Assembly (NCBI GenBank): GCA_030167865.1 | Contig: JALAGF010005513.1 | Location: forward strand, 1 to 34,972 | Source: Craspedostauros australis | Lineage: Eukaryota | Length of the DNA stretch: 34,972 nucleotides | Direction: 5' to 3' | In this document: piece after piece, positions 1 through 9,700 of the stretch | How the letters are laid out: each line of letters begins with the position of its first letter | How positions within the stretch are numbered: position 1 is the stretch's first letter | The notes under the pieces: generated by a model | Databases searched by the model: none | What the model saw: only the letters and a program-made list of their open reading frames with translations | Told to the model about the DNA's origin: nothing | Position numbers and translations under genes: made by a program

Positions 1-434
1 TCGAGCGACGGAACGTGGCAGTGGTGGAAGTCAGCGATGACCGGTGAAATCTACGACACAAGCACCCGTCCGATACGAGTGTACGTGCTCGTTCGACGAC
101 GGCGGACCCGCCTCGCCGCGTACCGCCAGCAAGGGACGGTGATAGCTCTCCCTACTCTAGTGCATCGGGTGTCGGTGGTTGTTATAGCCAGAGGAATCAA
201 CTGGGATGGGCGTATTGGTCTGGACCGGGAGCCGGAAGGTGCCCCAGCGCCCTATGATCCAGTGGAGGACTTGGGAGGAGATGCCACCTGGGAGCACATG
301 CTGACGGCGGCGCGTAACCACAAGTTACTGCTGGTGAGCGACGGATCGTACAAACGTGCACGAGGTACCTCATGTTCGATCATGTTCGACAAGGACACGG
401 AAAAATACGTTGCGTGTAACTCCTTCGTGCCAGG

Positions 435-1762
435 GCCAGCATCGGTCCACAGCTCATACCGCAGCGAGTTAGCCGGGATATGGGCGTCTTTGGAGATGTT
501 GGCAATGGTGCCAGGTCTTGACGAGGAGTGCTCGGTGACCATCGCTCTTGACGGACTACAGGCTATGCGCCAAGTGCAGGAGGAATTCATGAGCCCGGGC
601 AAAAAGGACTGGAACATTCTCGTGGAGATCCGGCGTCTACGGCGAAGCATCCGTGCTAATCTGAAATGGGTGTGGGTGCAGGGACACCAGGACGACAAAG
701 GAAGATCGCTTACTCAATTGGAACAGCTGAACGTTGAGTGCGACAAGCGAGCCAAGGCGTTCTGGGAAACGACGGTTCTCCGGCGGCGAGTCAAGCGCTG
801 GCGGTCGGTGACGAATCGATGGACTTTGGTGATCAACAAGGAGCACTACTCGCACGTGGGACAGCAGGAGGTATACAAGACCTTGCAATCCACGGCCACC
901 CTGGCCTACTGGGCTAGGAAGTTTGGCTGGAGTATGGAGGACGCCCAAGGTGTTGACTGGGAAGGTTATCAAGGTGCGCGGGCTGCTAAAGGCAATCGGG
1001 AGGTAGCGAAATTCGTGACCAAGTGGTCGTCCGGGTTCGTTGGAGTTGGTCGCAAGATGAAATAGATGGGACANNNNNNNNNNNNNNNNNNNNNNNNNNN
1101 NNNNNNNNNNNNNNNNNNNNNNNGCCAGCATCGGTCCACAGCTCATACCGCAGCGAGTTAGCCGGGATATGGGCGTCTTTGGAGATGTTGGCAATGGTGC
1201 CAGGTCTCGACGAGGAGTGCTCGGTGACCATCGCTCTTGACGGACTACAGGCTATGCGCCAAGCGCAGGAGGAATTCATGAGCCCGGGCAAAAAGGACTG
1301 GGACATTCTCGTGGAGATCCGGCGTCTACGGCGAAGCATCCGTGCTAATCTGAAATGGGTGTGGGTGCAGGGACACCAGGACGACAAAGGAAGATCGCTT
1401 ACTCAATTGGAACAGCTGAACGTTGAGTGCGACAAGCGAGCCAAGGCGTTCTGGGAAACGACGGTTCTCCNGCGGCGAGTCAAGCGCTGGCGGTCGGTGA
1501 CGAATCGATGGACTTTGGTGATCAACAAGGAGCACTACTCGCACGTGGGACAGCAGGAGGTATACAAGACCTTGCAATCCACGGCCACCCTGGCCTACTG
1601 AGCTAGGAAGTTTGGCTGGAGTATGGAGGACGCCCAAGGTGTTGACTGGGAAGGTTATCAAGGTGCGCGGGCTGCTAGAGGCAATCGGGAGGTAGCGAAA
1701 TTCGTGACCAAGTGGTCGTCCGGGTTCGTTGGAGTTGGTCGCAAGATGAAATAGATGGGACA
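435..1762 (+). repeat. Direct duplication 435-1073 / 1124-1762 across an N gap
   Basis: Offset 689, near-identical, with 5 substitutions seen by eye. Confidence 0.9.
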
Positions 1763-1850
1763 GCAGGAGAGTGCAAAANGTTCCTTCTGCGGTTCTGAGG
1801 AGACTACAAAGCATGTTCTGCGGTGCAGAGAGCACGAAGACACCTGGAAC

Positions 1851-2528
1851 ACCGCGACAGAAGCTCTGCTCGACAGGATGGTGTCCATCGGTACGGCTCC
1901 AAGGCTGGTGGCTAACATGCGTGTTGGCTTGGTTTGCTGGCGACGCGGACAGGTCACATCCAGTCCTCAAGGCAGTGTCGGTTGGTACCCGCTAATGCTG
2001 GGCTTTCTACACAAAGAATGGCGACGACAACAGGCTCAATGGATGGAGCGCAACGAGTGCCGGTTTCCTGACGATCTCGTGTTGATGAAGGAGGTGGTGC
2101 GATGGATCTGGAAGGTGCCATGGAGCGTTTGGGTGTCACGCAACGAGAAAGTGCACGACGCTGANNNNNNNNNNNNNNNNNNNNNNNNNNNNNNNNNNNN
2201 NNNNNNNNNNNNNNACCGCGACAGAAGCTCTGCTCGACAGGATGGTGTCCATCGGTACGGCTCCGAGGCTGGTGGCTAACATGCGTGTTGGCTTGGTTCG
2301 CTGGCGACGCGGACAGGTCACATCCAGTCCTCAAGGCAGTGTCGGTTGGTACCCGCTAATGCTGGGCTTTCTACACAAAGAATGGNNNNNNNNNNNNNNN
2401 NNNNNNNNNNNNNNNNNNNNNNNNNNNNNNNNNNNNNNNNNNNNNNNNNNNNNNNNNNNNNNNNNNNNNNNNNNNNNNNNNNNNNNNNNNGTTTGGGTGT
2501 CACGCAACGAGAAAGTGCACGACGCTGA
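1851..2528 (+). repeat. Direct duplication 1851-2164 / 2215-2528 across N gaps
   Basis: Offset 364, with 2 substitutions in the resolved part. Confidence 0.9.
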
Positions 2529-2810
2529 TCAGAATCCGTCCCTGTCGGACCTTCGAAGACAGGTGCGGCGGATGACCAGTGGAGTTAGCCAGGACATGAC
2601 GGATTCAAAAATGGCCCTACTTCAAGAGGGGCACCTTATGGAATACGCAACGGAGTCGCAGATGCGACAGTGGATGCTCAACATGACGGAAGTTCGAGCA
2701 AAGGTGTCGGCCCAGCAACGGGCGCGCACCATGGAGAACAAGAGAAGGTTTATGAGCAGCTGGCTTGGTCTGAAATGATTGGGGTATCCGACGGCTCGCT
2801 CGAAGCTTGG

Positions 2811-3189
2811 TCCTACGGGGCCGGTGGAGGCGAGGGTAAAGCCTACAGAGCACATTTATAATGTAATCCCTGAGTTATTATTATGCAGAAAAGCAACATC
2901 ATGCAGAGTAGAATAGTAGGGTGTGCGTAGAGTATGCAGTGCACATGATGTTGTGATGGATGTAGAGGAGTATNNNNNNNNNNNNNNNNNNNNNNNNNNN
3001 NNNNNNNNNNNNNNNNNNNNNNNTCCTACGGGGCCGGTGGAGGCGAGGGTAAAGCCTACAGAGCACATTTATAATGTAATCCCTGAGTTATTATTATTAT
3101 GCAGAAAAGCAACATCATGCAGAGTAGAATAGTAGGGTGTGCGTAGAGTATGCAGTGTACATGATGTTGTGATGGATGTAGAGGAGTAT
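2811..3189 (+). repeat. Direct duplication 2811-2973 / 3024-3189 across an N gap (element 3' UTR)
   Basis: Near-identical. The second copy has one extra TTA unit and a C/T change (gtgcac vs gtgtac). Confidence 0.9.
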
Positions 3190-4256
3190 GACACAAGGTC
3201 ACTCAACAAAAACGCGCAGTGCAGAACGGAAAACAAAGCGAGAATCGAACCAGCGCAAAAGGATCACATGAGCGACGAAAGACTCTCTGCCGTGTTGTGT
3301 GGCGACACGCGATGCAAAACGTAAATACAGTGGACTTCATTTTCATCACACGACGAGCGTCCCAAATGCACACTTTCGAAACGGATTGGCAAACACGCTT
3401 CTGCGACCGAAAAAAACCGTGAGAATCAGTATCGATCTGAACCGGGTGGGACGAAGACATCAAATAAAAAGTCTGTCCAACCACTCGTGGACTTGACGAT
3501 GTCACTCAACATGGAACATGCGACGTTGCCATGCACTTAACGACAAGAAGAATCACGTCATCACAGTTTCGGCTCGAACTAACGCCCGTAACGTCGAAAT
3601 GAGCACGTGTTTTTTGTTCCAAATCGAGCTTCCCACCAAGCAAAACACAAAGAAAGCGAAAACCAGATAGAAATGGGTGCCACGTGTCGTGACAGGAACT
3701 CCCGAAAAAGCGAATTCTGGCCGCTTGCATCACGTTTTGCCTCTAAAACGCTAGGCTGACGCCATCATAACTTTATAACCAAAGGCTGGACTCACTGTAT
3801 AGAACCTGTTACTTATTACCAATGTGTTAAAGTATATATGGTTAAATTTTAGTCTCTATAGGAGCCCATTTTTTCAAAATCCTGCCGTGGTCGTACGGTC
3901 ATTGGCTGACGTGGGTCATACATAGTAGGTCGTACAATGTTGTGAAAGCGAGCGCACAATGCTACCGATCGAAACAAGAACGCAGAGGAGACTCCGCGCT
4001 GTCTGAGTATCACTATCTCGCATTCCACTCCGCATGGACGTGTCACCTGCAAGAAACAGGTAAGTAATTGTGCAATCTATCATATTATACTGCATTTCAC
4101 TGGAATACTCTATTTATATGCAGGCAACGTATGCAAATCGATGCAAGATCGCAGGTTCCACTTTCGGGTCTGTGAGCTTCGGCAAGTGATGCAAAAGTAA
4201 TGACGTCCACTCACCCCCCTGCCGTCACGCTATCATGACAACGCGTCATCATGTCA

Positions 4257-5417
4257 TCACCCCATGACCATCTCCTCATCTGCAGGCACGTTCAACATTG
4301 GCGATTGCCATGTTGAGTGCAGTGGCTGGCACACGTCGGTCCTTCGGCGCTTGGACACTTGGGTGGCCAGCGGTGCGGAGCAGCCTGTCTCGAATGCTGG
4401 GGATGGCTGTGGTGACGACATGGGAGGAGCGAACATGGAAGAGTCGAACAGTGCGGTGCTTCCAGAAACCAAGGATGATGCGCTATCGGATGGTATCGGT
4501 CGCAGGGACTCCATTGCTCGCTTGTTCGTTGGGACGTCTTGCATCATCGCCTGGGTGCCTGAGGGGAATGATCCTCCTTCGGCAGATTCCGTGATCGACG
4601 CTGCACGTGGATGCGAACCGGTCGTGAGCACCGAGGGCCAGTCCTGCAAGAATCTGTCGCGGGTGAAGTACTCGGCAGGTTTGCCAATTGCAATCGGATG
4701 GACGATAGTTGCCAGGTGCTGCTGCTGCTGCGCTGCAACTTGTCCCATTCCAGCAGACATGTGATGCTTGCTGTTGCATGCATCGCACACCTGCTGTGCG
4801 CTGCATTGTGCTGATACCGCCCCATGCTGATGCATGTGCTCCCCAGATGGCCCCAAAGTGGCAACGGCGCCTGCTGCGGCACAGCCGAAGACGCGGCCGT
4901 GACCAACTTCCGAACCACGCCCAAATCGCTTTCCTGTTCCGCCGATGATACCATCAGTGATCACCGCGAATGCTTGCGTCATGGCGCAGTGGCTGCGATT
5001 CAGCATGGAGGTGTCTGTCATGGTCATGAGCAGTGGGCGCACCCAGAACATGGCGCCAGACGTAACGAAGGCGTAGGTTGACGTTGGCGAAGGGTGGATG
5101 GAGGAGAGGGAGGTGCCCCGCTGCTGTTTCTGCACCTGCGACGGCGGCAGGAGGAGGGTGCGGATGCTTGCGCTGTCGTGGGAACGTGACCACGCGTGGG
5201 CGGAATGGTAGGCAACTTCTTCCGCCTCCTGTCTTGACGGAAACAATCGCAGGAGGTCGACCGGGGCGAACACGTCGGGCCCTGACAACCAGCAACGTTG
5301 CACGGCGAAAAGCTCCTCCACCCGCATGCTGAAGCACCGGTTGCTCTTGCTGGTGTTGAAGATTGGAGCAGCAGCATGCTCCCCTGTTTGCAAATTGTTG
5401 AAAATACTTGGTGACAT
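4257..5417 (-). CDS. Hypothetical protein, 386 aa, single exon
   Basis: Long ATG-started ORF. Globular-looking N-terminal region (LFAVQRCWLSGP...LRLFPSRQEAEEVAYHSAH; AFVTSGAMFWVR), low-complexity tail and a KRRR possible NLS. No family recognised. Confidence 0.65.
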   Translation of the reverse strand: MSPSIFNNLQTGEHAAAPIFNTSKSNRCFSMRVEELFAVQRCWLSGPDVFAPVDLLRLFPSRQEAEEVAYHSAHAWSRSHDSASIRTLLLPPSQVQKQQRGTSLSSIHPSPTSTYAFVTSGAMFWVRPLLMTMTDTSMLNRSHCAMTQAFAVITDGIIGGTGKRFGRGSEVGHGRVFGCAAAGAVATLGPSGEHMHQHGAVSAQCSAQQVCDACNSKHHMSAGMGQVAAQQQQHLATIVHPIAIGKPAEYFTRDRFLQDWPSVLTTGSHPRAASITESAEGGSFPSGTQAMMQDVPTNKRAMESLRPIPSDSASSLVSGSTALFDSSMFAPPMSSPQPSPAFETGCSAPLATQVSKRRRTDVCQPLHSTWQSPMLNVPADEEMVMG

Positions 5418-5452
5418 GTTGTGGTTTTGGCGTTGGTGTTGCTGTTGGTGTT

Positions 5453-5481
5453 GCTATGGCTATGGCTATGGCTATGGCTAT
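5453..5481. repeat. (GCTATG)n hexamer microsatellite, ~5 units, just upstream of the hypothetical gene
   Basis: Seen directly. Confidence 0.9.
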
Positions 5482-6497
5482 TGTGGTTGCTGTCTGTGTG
5501 TGGAGAGTGTTGCACTGATGGATTGGAAGCACGAGTAGACTACCGGTGCGGATGCTGTGCTGTTGGTTGTCGTTCCCCCTTGTGTGTTGTCTCTTCTCTC
5601 GTCTCTGTTCTTTCCGCTCTATTCTGGTGTGAACAGTTTGGAAACACCAATCCGCGTGCTCTTGCATGCGCGTACTTGCTGAGCGAAGTATGACTCCTCG
5701 TATACGTACGTGCAGAGTGCGGTAAATGCCCGTGCGAGTGCTTGCGCAGGCTCAATTTCTGGCTTCGCGTCTCTTCTCGCGACCTCTCCCAGCGTGTTCT
5801 TGGAACAGTCTTCGCTTTCTTCCTTGCACCAGCGAGCTGCGAATTTCCTTCGTTGATTCCTTCCTTCCCCTCCTTGGCCAGCACGCGCGGTATCTTCGCT
5901 GGATTGCAAACAGGTGAGAGCTGGTCACTCGTCACTCGTTCTCCTCACTTGTCACACGTCACTTGTGTCTGCTTGAAATCGCTGGTTTTGATCGGAACTC
6001 TCTGTCGGAGCCAGCTGCCGACGCGTCTTTTGGCGAGGAATCTGTACCTCATTGGTCCAACCACACAATCGTCACCGATATCAGTCACGCCAAGCTACGA
6101 AACGTGATTGCTGCCTGATCGGTGGATCTAGACTCGACATGTACTCGCACATCGCACATCATCGATACGGAAAGTTACCAACAAGAGTATATATTCTATT
6201 CTATCGTAGAATATGTGAGTATACAGTACAGGGCACGGCAGGTCAGGGCAGGGAAGAGTGCATTCTCTCTATCTAGATACCCTAAAGCAGAGACGAGACT
6301 ATCGATGTGCAAACTCTCTCTGGAATCCAAAGTAGAATAGTCGCAGTGCCTGAGATTGTGGTCCGAGCATTCGATTGTGCCGATGCAACTACAACCTATC
6401 CGCACAGCCTGCTCAACGATCACGAGTGCTGTATGTACGTGCTCACACACTCTCTCAAGTTACACAAAGAACTTGCCCAGATGTACTTGTACTTGTA

Positions 6498-6745
6498 CTC
6501 TCTCTGTCTCTCTCTCTCTCTCTCTCTGTCTCTCTCCTCAAGAGATTATGGTATGGTTGGCCTGCAAGATTGCGATCGCGACATGCTCGGAGATGATGGA
6601 GCACTATTCATTGCACTCCGTATGTACTACTTTGCCTCGAGCGCATGCATTCGCTCTACCCACTGCTACTCGACGGACGCATGTCACGACATCGGCTAAT
6701 TCGGTTCACTCTCTCTCTCTCTCGCTCGCTCTCCATCTCTTTCTC
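6498..6745. repeat. Two (CT)n microsatellite tracts (~6498-6537 and ~6708-6745) downstream of the ISWI stop
   Basis: Seen directly. Confidence 0.85.
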
Positions 6746-6746
6746 G

Positions 6747-9700
6747 TCAGTATTTCGGTCTCTTGGAGCGAGGTTCATCCCCTTGACGACGACGACGACC
6801 ATCGTCACCTTCATCTCTACCGCCATCGCCGTCGTCATCATCTTCGGTTTCTTCACCGTCAAGGTCTTCGTTGTTGCTGTCACCGATGCTCCCAGCGGCC
6901 ATGCTGTTGGATGTTGCGCTTGATACCACCGAGCTAGCATCCTCATCTCCGCTGGCCGCCGACTGGGAAGCTGACTGATCGGACTGCGGTCGCTTCCTTC
7001 GCTTATCGATCTTCTTGCCGGCACGGATCTCGGCTTGGTCCTTCTCATACAAGATTTCATCTTCTGCTGCGTACTTCTCCCAGTCGTCAGGCCTTTCATC
7101 TGGCGGCAGGAAGGAGTAGAATTTGGGTCGGAGGTAGAAGAGGAAGGATCTGCCGAGCTTCTTCTCCGGCTTCGGAATGCAAGCTGGGATGTCCTTCGTC
7201 GTTATTTCAGCCAACCGTATTGTTACCTGACGATGCGATATGGCCGGGTGCTCTTCAACGAACTGGCTGGCGAGTTTCATCCGCTCGCTGCAACCAAATG
7301 CGCCGATCCGACGGCAAAACCCAGGAAAGAGATCATCTGGGATGCACATGCGTTTGCTGCCACCTTGCGATGAGGTTGCTTTGGCCTTGCCATTCGCGTT
7401 CGAGTTATCAGTCTCGTCATCCGCACCGGCTGCGGTGTCTGGCGCTTTTGGCGATTTGGCTTTACCTTGTGCCGTCGGTTTGCCACTTGTTTTGGATGGT
7501 AGTTTTGGGCTCTGCTCAAGCTTCTTTCCGGATGCTGATGCCGTCTTGGCCTTCTTGGTCGCGCTGTCTTCGGCGGCGGATTGCGATTTTCGCTTCTTGA
7601 ACTTGTTCACGTCAATGCCCAGCGACTTCAAAATGCGCTTTGTTTCCTGCTCGACTAGTTTGTTCCGAAGTTCCAACCGTTTTTCACATAGCTTCCGTTG
7701 TTGCGACTTGTCCACACAGTGACTGCACTGGCCACACTCTGGTACCTTCAAGATGGCTCTGTTTATGTTGGCTTCGATGTCTGCACTTTCAAGCTCCTTG
7801 GGGAATTTTGGCTCTGTGTTTGCTTTTGCTGGGTCCTTCGAATTCGCTGTCGTCGTGGCCTTCAGCGTAATGTTGCTATAGTTGACATACTGCATGGAGA
7901 GCCGTGCAGAGGCGTGAAGGCGGTGGTGCGATACGACAATTTCACGCGAAGATGCGCAACGCACCGACAGTTGGGTTTGGTTGTGGTGGGAGGGGAGAGA
8001 TTAGCAATCGTGCACATTGCAAGTGATTATCATGGCACGTGCATCCGAGGTGATGCCACTACCACAGCTCGGCATATCAAAGAAATCTTTATGTACAATT
8101 CAATCACCGCCATCACAGCCAGCGCCACGGCCAGCATCACTGCCAAAACCGACACTGCCAACACAGATAGCTAAAGACGGTTCTCGTGTTCGGCTTGGTA
8201 CATACCTGGTCACCTCGAAGGATCGCCTGCCGAGTATCTTCAGCAATATCCATGCATCGGGCAACCTGCGCCTCAATCTCTCTCAACCGAGTGATGCATG
8301 GCTGTCGTTCTGCGAGCCTCTCCTTGAGTATCTGGGCCGCGTCCTCGGTCAACCCACCCAGAGAGGGGGCGTCATTGCCCTTCAATTCCTGATTCCTTGC
8401 TTGCATCTCCCAAATATCGATGGCCTTCATCGCATCGATGGCCTTCTGTGCGGCAAGCACATTCGCTGGCTTCTTGTTCTTCAGAGATTTCTCCCGCGCC
8501 TCAAGCTCGCGCTCAGTCTGGCGCATGCGGTAGTCAACGCGCTTGGCGATCATGGAGGTCGTCATTCCCTGGACTGTGTGCTGGAATTTGATGCGATTGT
8601 CATTCCTCACTTCCTCCCGGACCAGATCCCAGTTTCCGTAACCCACTTTGTCCACGGCGCAGAGGAGTGCGCGATCCTGCTCCAGAGCGAAGTGAGTGGT
8701 TCCCTTGTTGGCAAACACCATCTCGACCCGTGGGTTTTCGAATTTGGAGACAAACTCTGTGAGGAGACCAGTGAGCTTCTTTTGCTTCGCAATCTTCTTC
8801 TCACCCTTCTCGATCGTACCAACGACGCGCTCCCACTCGTCCTTGAGTTCCGTCGGCCCGTACTTCCAAAATGCCGCACTGTAGGGCTGGACTTCCTCCA
8901 CAGGCATGTCCATCTCGCCTGCGATGCTGGGAATGTCCTCTCTCCCGAACTTGGCGCAGGCCTTGACGAACAAAAAGTATTGGCTGCGTGACCACGACCC
9001 AAAGCCCTCGTCCAGGAGCTCTACTTTTTCATTCCCCAGTTCATCAGGCAACAAGGTCCGTGCCTTTTCGGTGTATTGCCGTGGTGGTAGCTTCCCAGCT
9101 TCGCGCAGCGTGGCGTACGTTTCGAATTCCAGCTTGTCAAGCTCGAGCAATCGCTCTCGGTTATAGAAATGGTGATCCTCCATCGTCGGCAGTCGCAACG
9201 ACTTTGGGAGCTTGATGCGCTCGTTGTTCACGAGCATGGACTTCTTTGGTTGCATGATGGGGTTGTAGCTCATCGGTGGCGGTCTGCGCTCCCGCTTGCC
9301 GATGGAATTGGCCGCGAGCATTCTCAGCTGGTCACGTAGCTCCTTGTCACTGTAGTCGACGCCTTCGAACGTCTGTGCAGACATCCCGCCATCCAGCCGG
9401 AAATCGAGCAGGTCTCCTTTCTCAGCCTTCTGTATCTTCTCGGCCAGTTCCCGCGTCTTGGCCTTCCCGCGCTCGAGGATAATGTCGATGTCATCATCGG
9501 TGATGGTGGATTCCTCTGATCTGAAGACGGTATCGGCGCCGAAGCGCACTGCGGCCATCATCTCGTCCTTCGAGATTTTGTCCTTCTCCTTCAATCGCCC
9601 CTGTTGCACGACCATGGCATCAAGCTTCAACTTCTGCTGTGCTCTTTCCACAATCTTTTCTTCGATAGTGTTCTCACTCACCAACCGGTAAATACTCACA

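Larger units (their letters stand above)
1..2778 (+). pseudogene. Disrupted pol-like ORF (RNase H to C-terminus) of the retroelement
   Basis: Frame is open from base 1. In-frame TAG at 1063-1065, repeated at 1752-1754 in the duplicate. A TGA at 1599-1601 corresponds to TGG in the first copy. Confidence 0.7.
1..3189 (+). mobile_element. 3' portion of a non-LTR retrotransposon (Ambal-like; RNase H plus CCHC zinc-finger C-terminus), truncated by the window start
   Basis: RNase H motifs VSDGSYK, SSYRSELAGI, IALDGLQA and WVWVQGHQDD...NVECDKRAK. These are followed by a CCHC-type motif (K[C]SFC...ETTKHVLRC, first Cys codon contains an N) and GWxxLxxGFLxxxWxxxQ, ending RRFMSSWLGLK* at 2778. Putative 3' UTR to ~3189. 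N-gaps and duplicated segments suggest a multicopy repeat. The RT domain would lie upstream, outside the window. Confidence 0.8.

Noticed and set aside
435..3189. Apparent tandem array or LTR-like direct repeats
   Set aside because: Every duplication straddles an N gap, so they are most simply overlapping contig ends from different alleles or copies rather than real tandem structure.
8017..8991. 324-aa plus-strand ORF
   Set aside because: Antisense shadow of ISWI exon 5.
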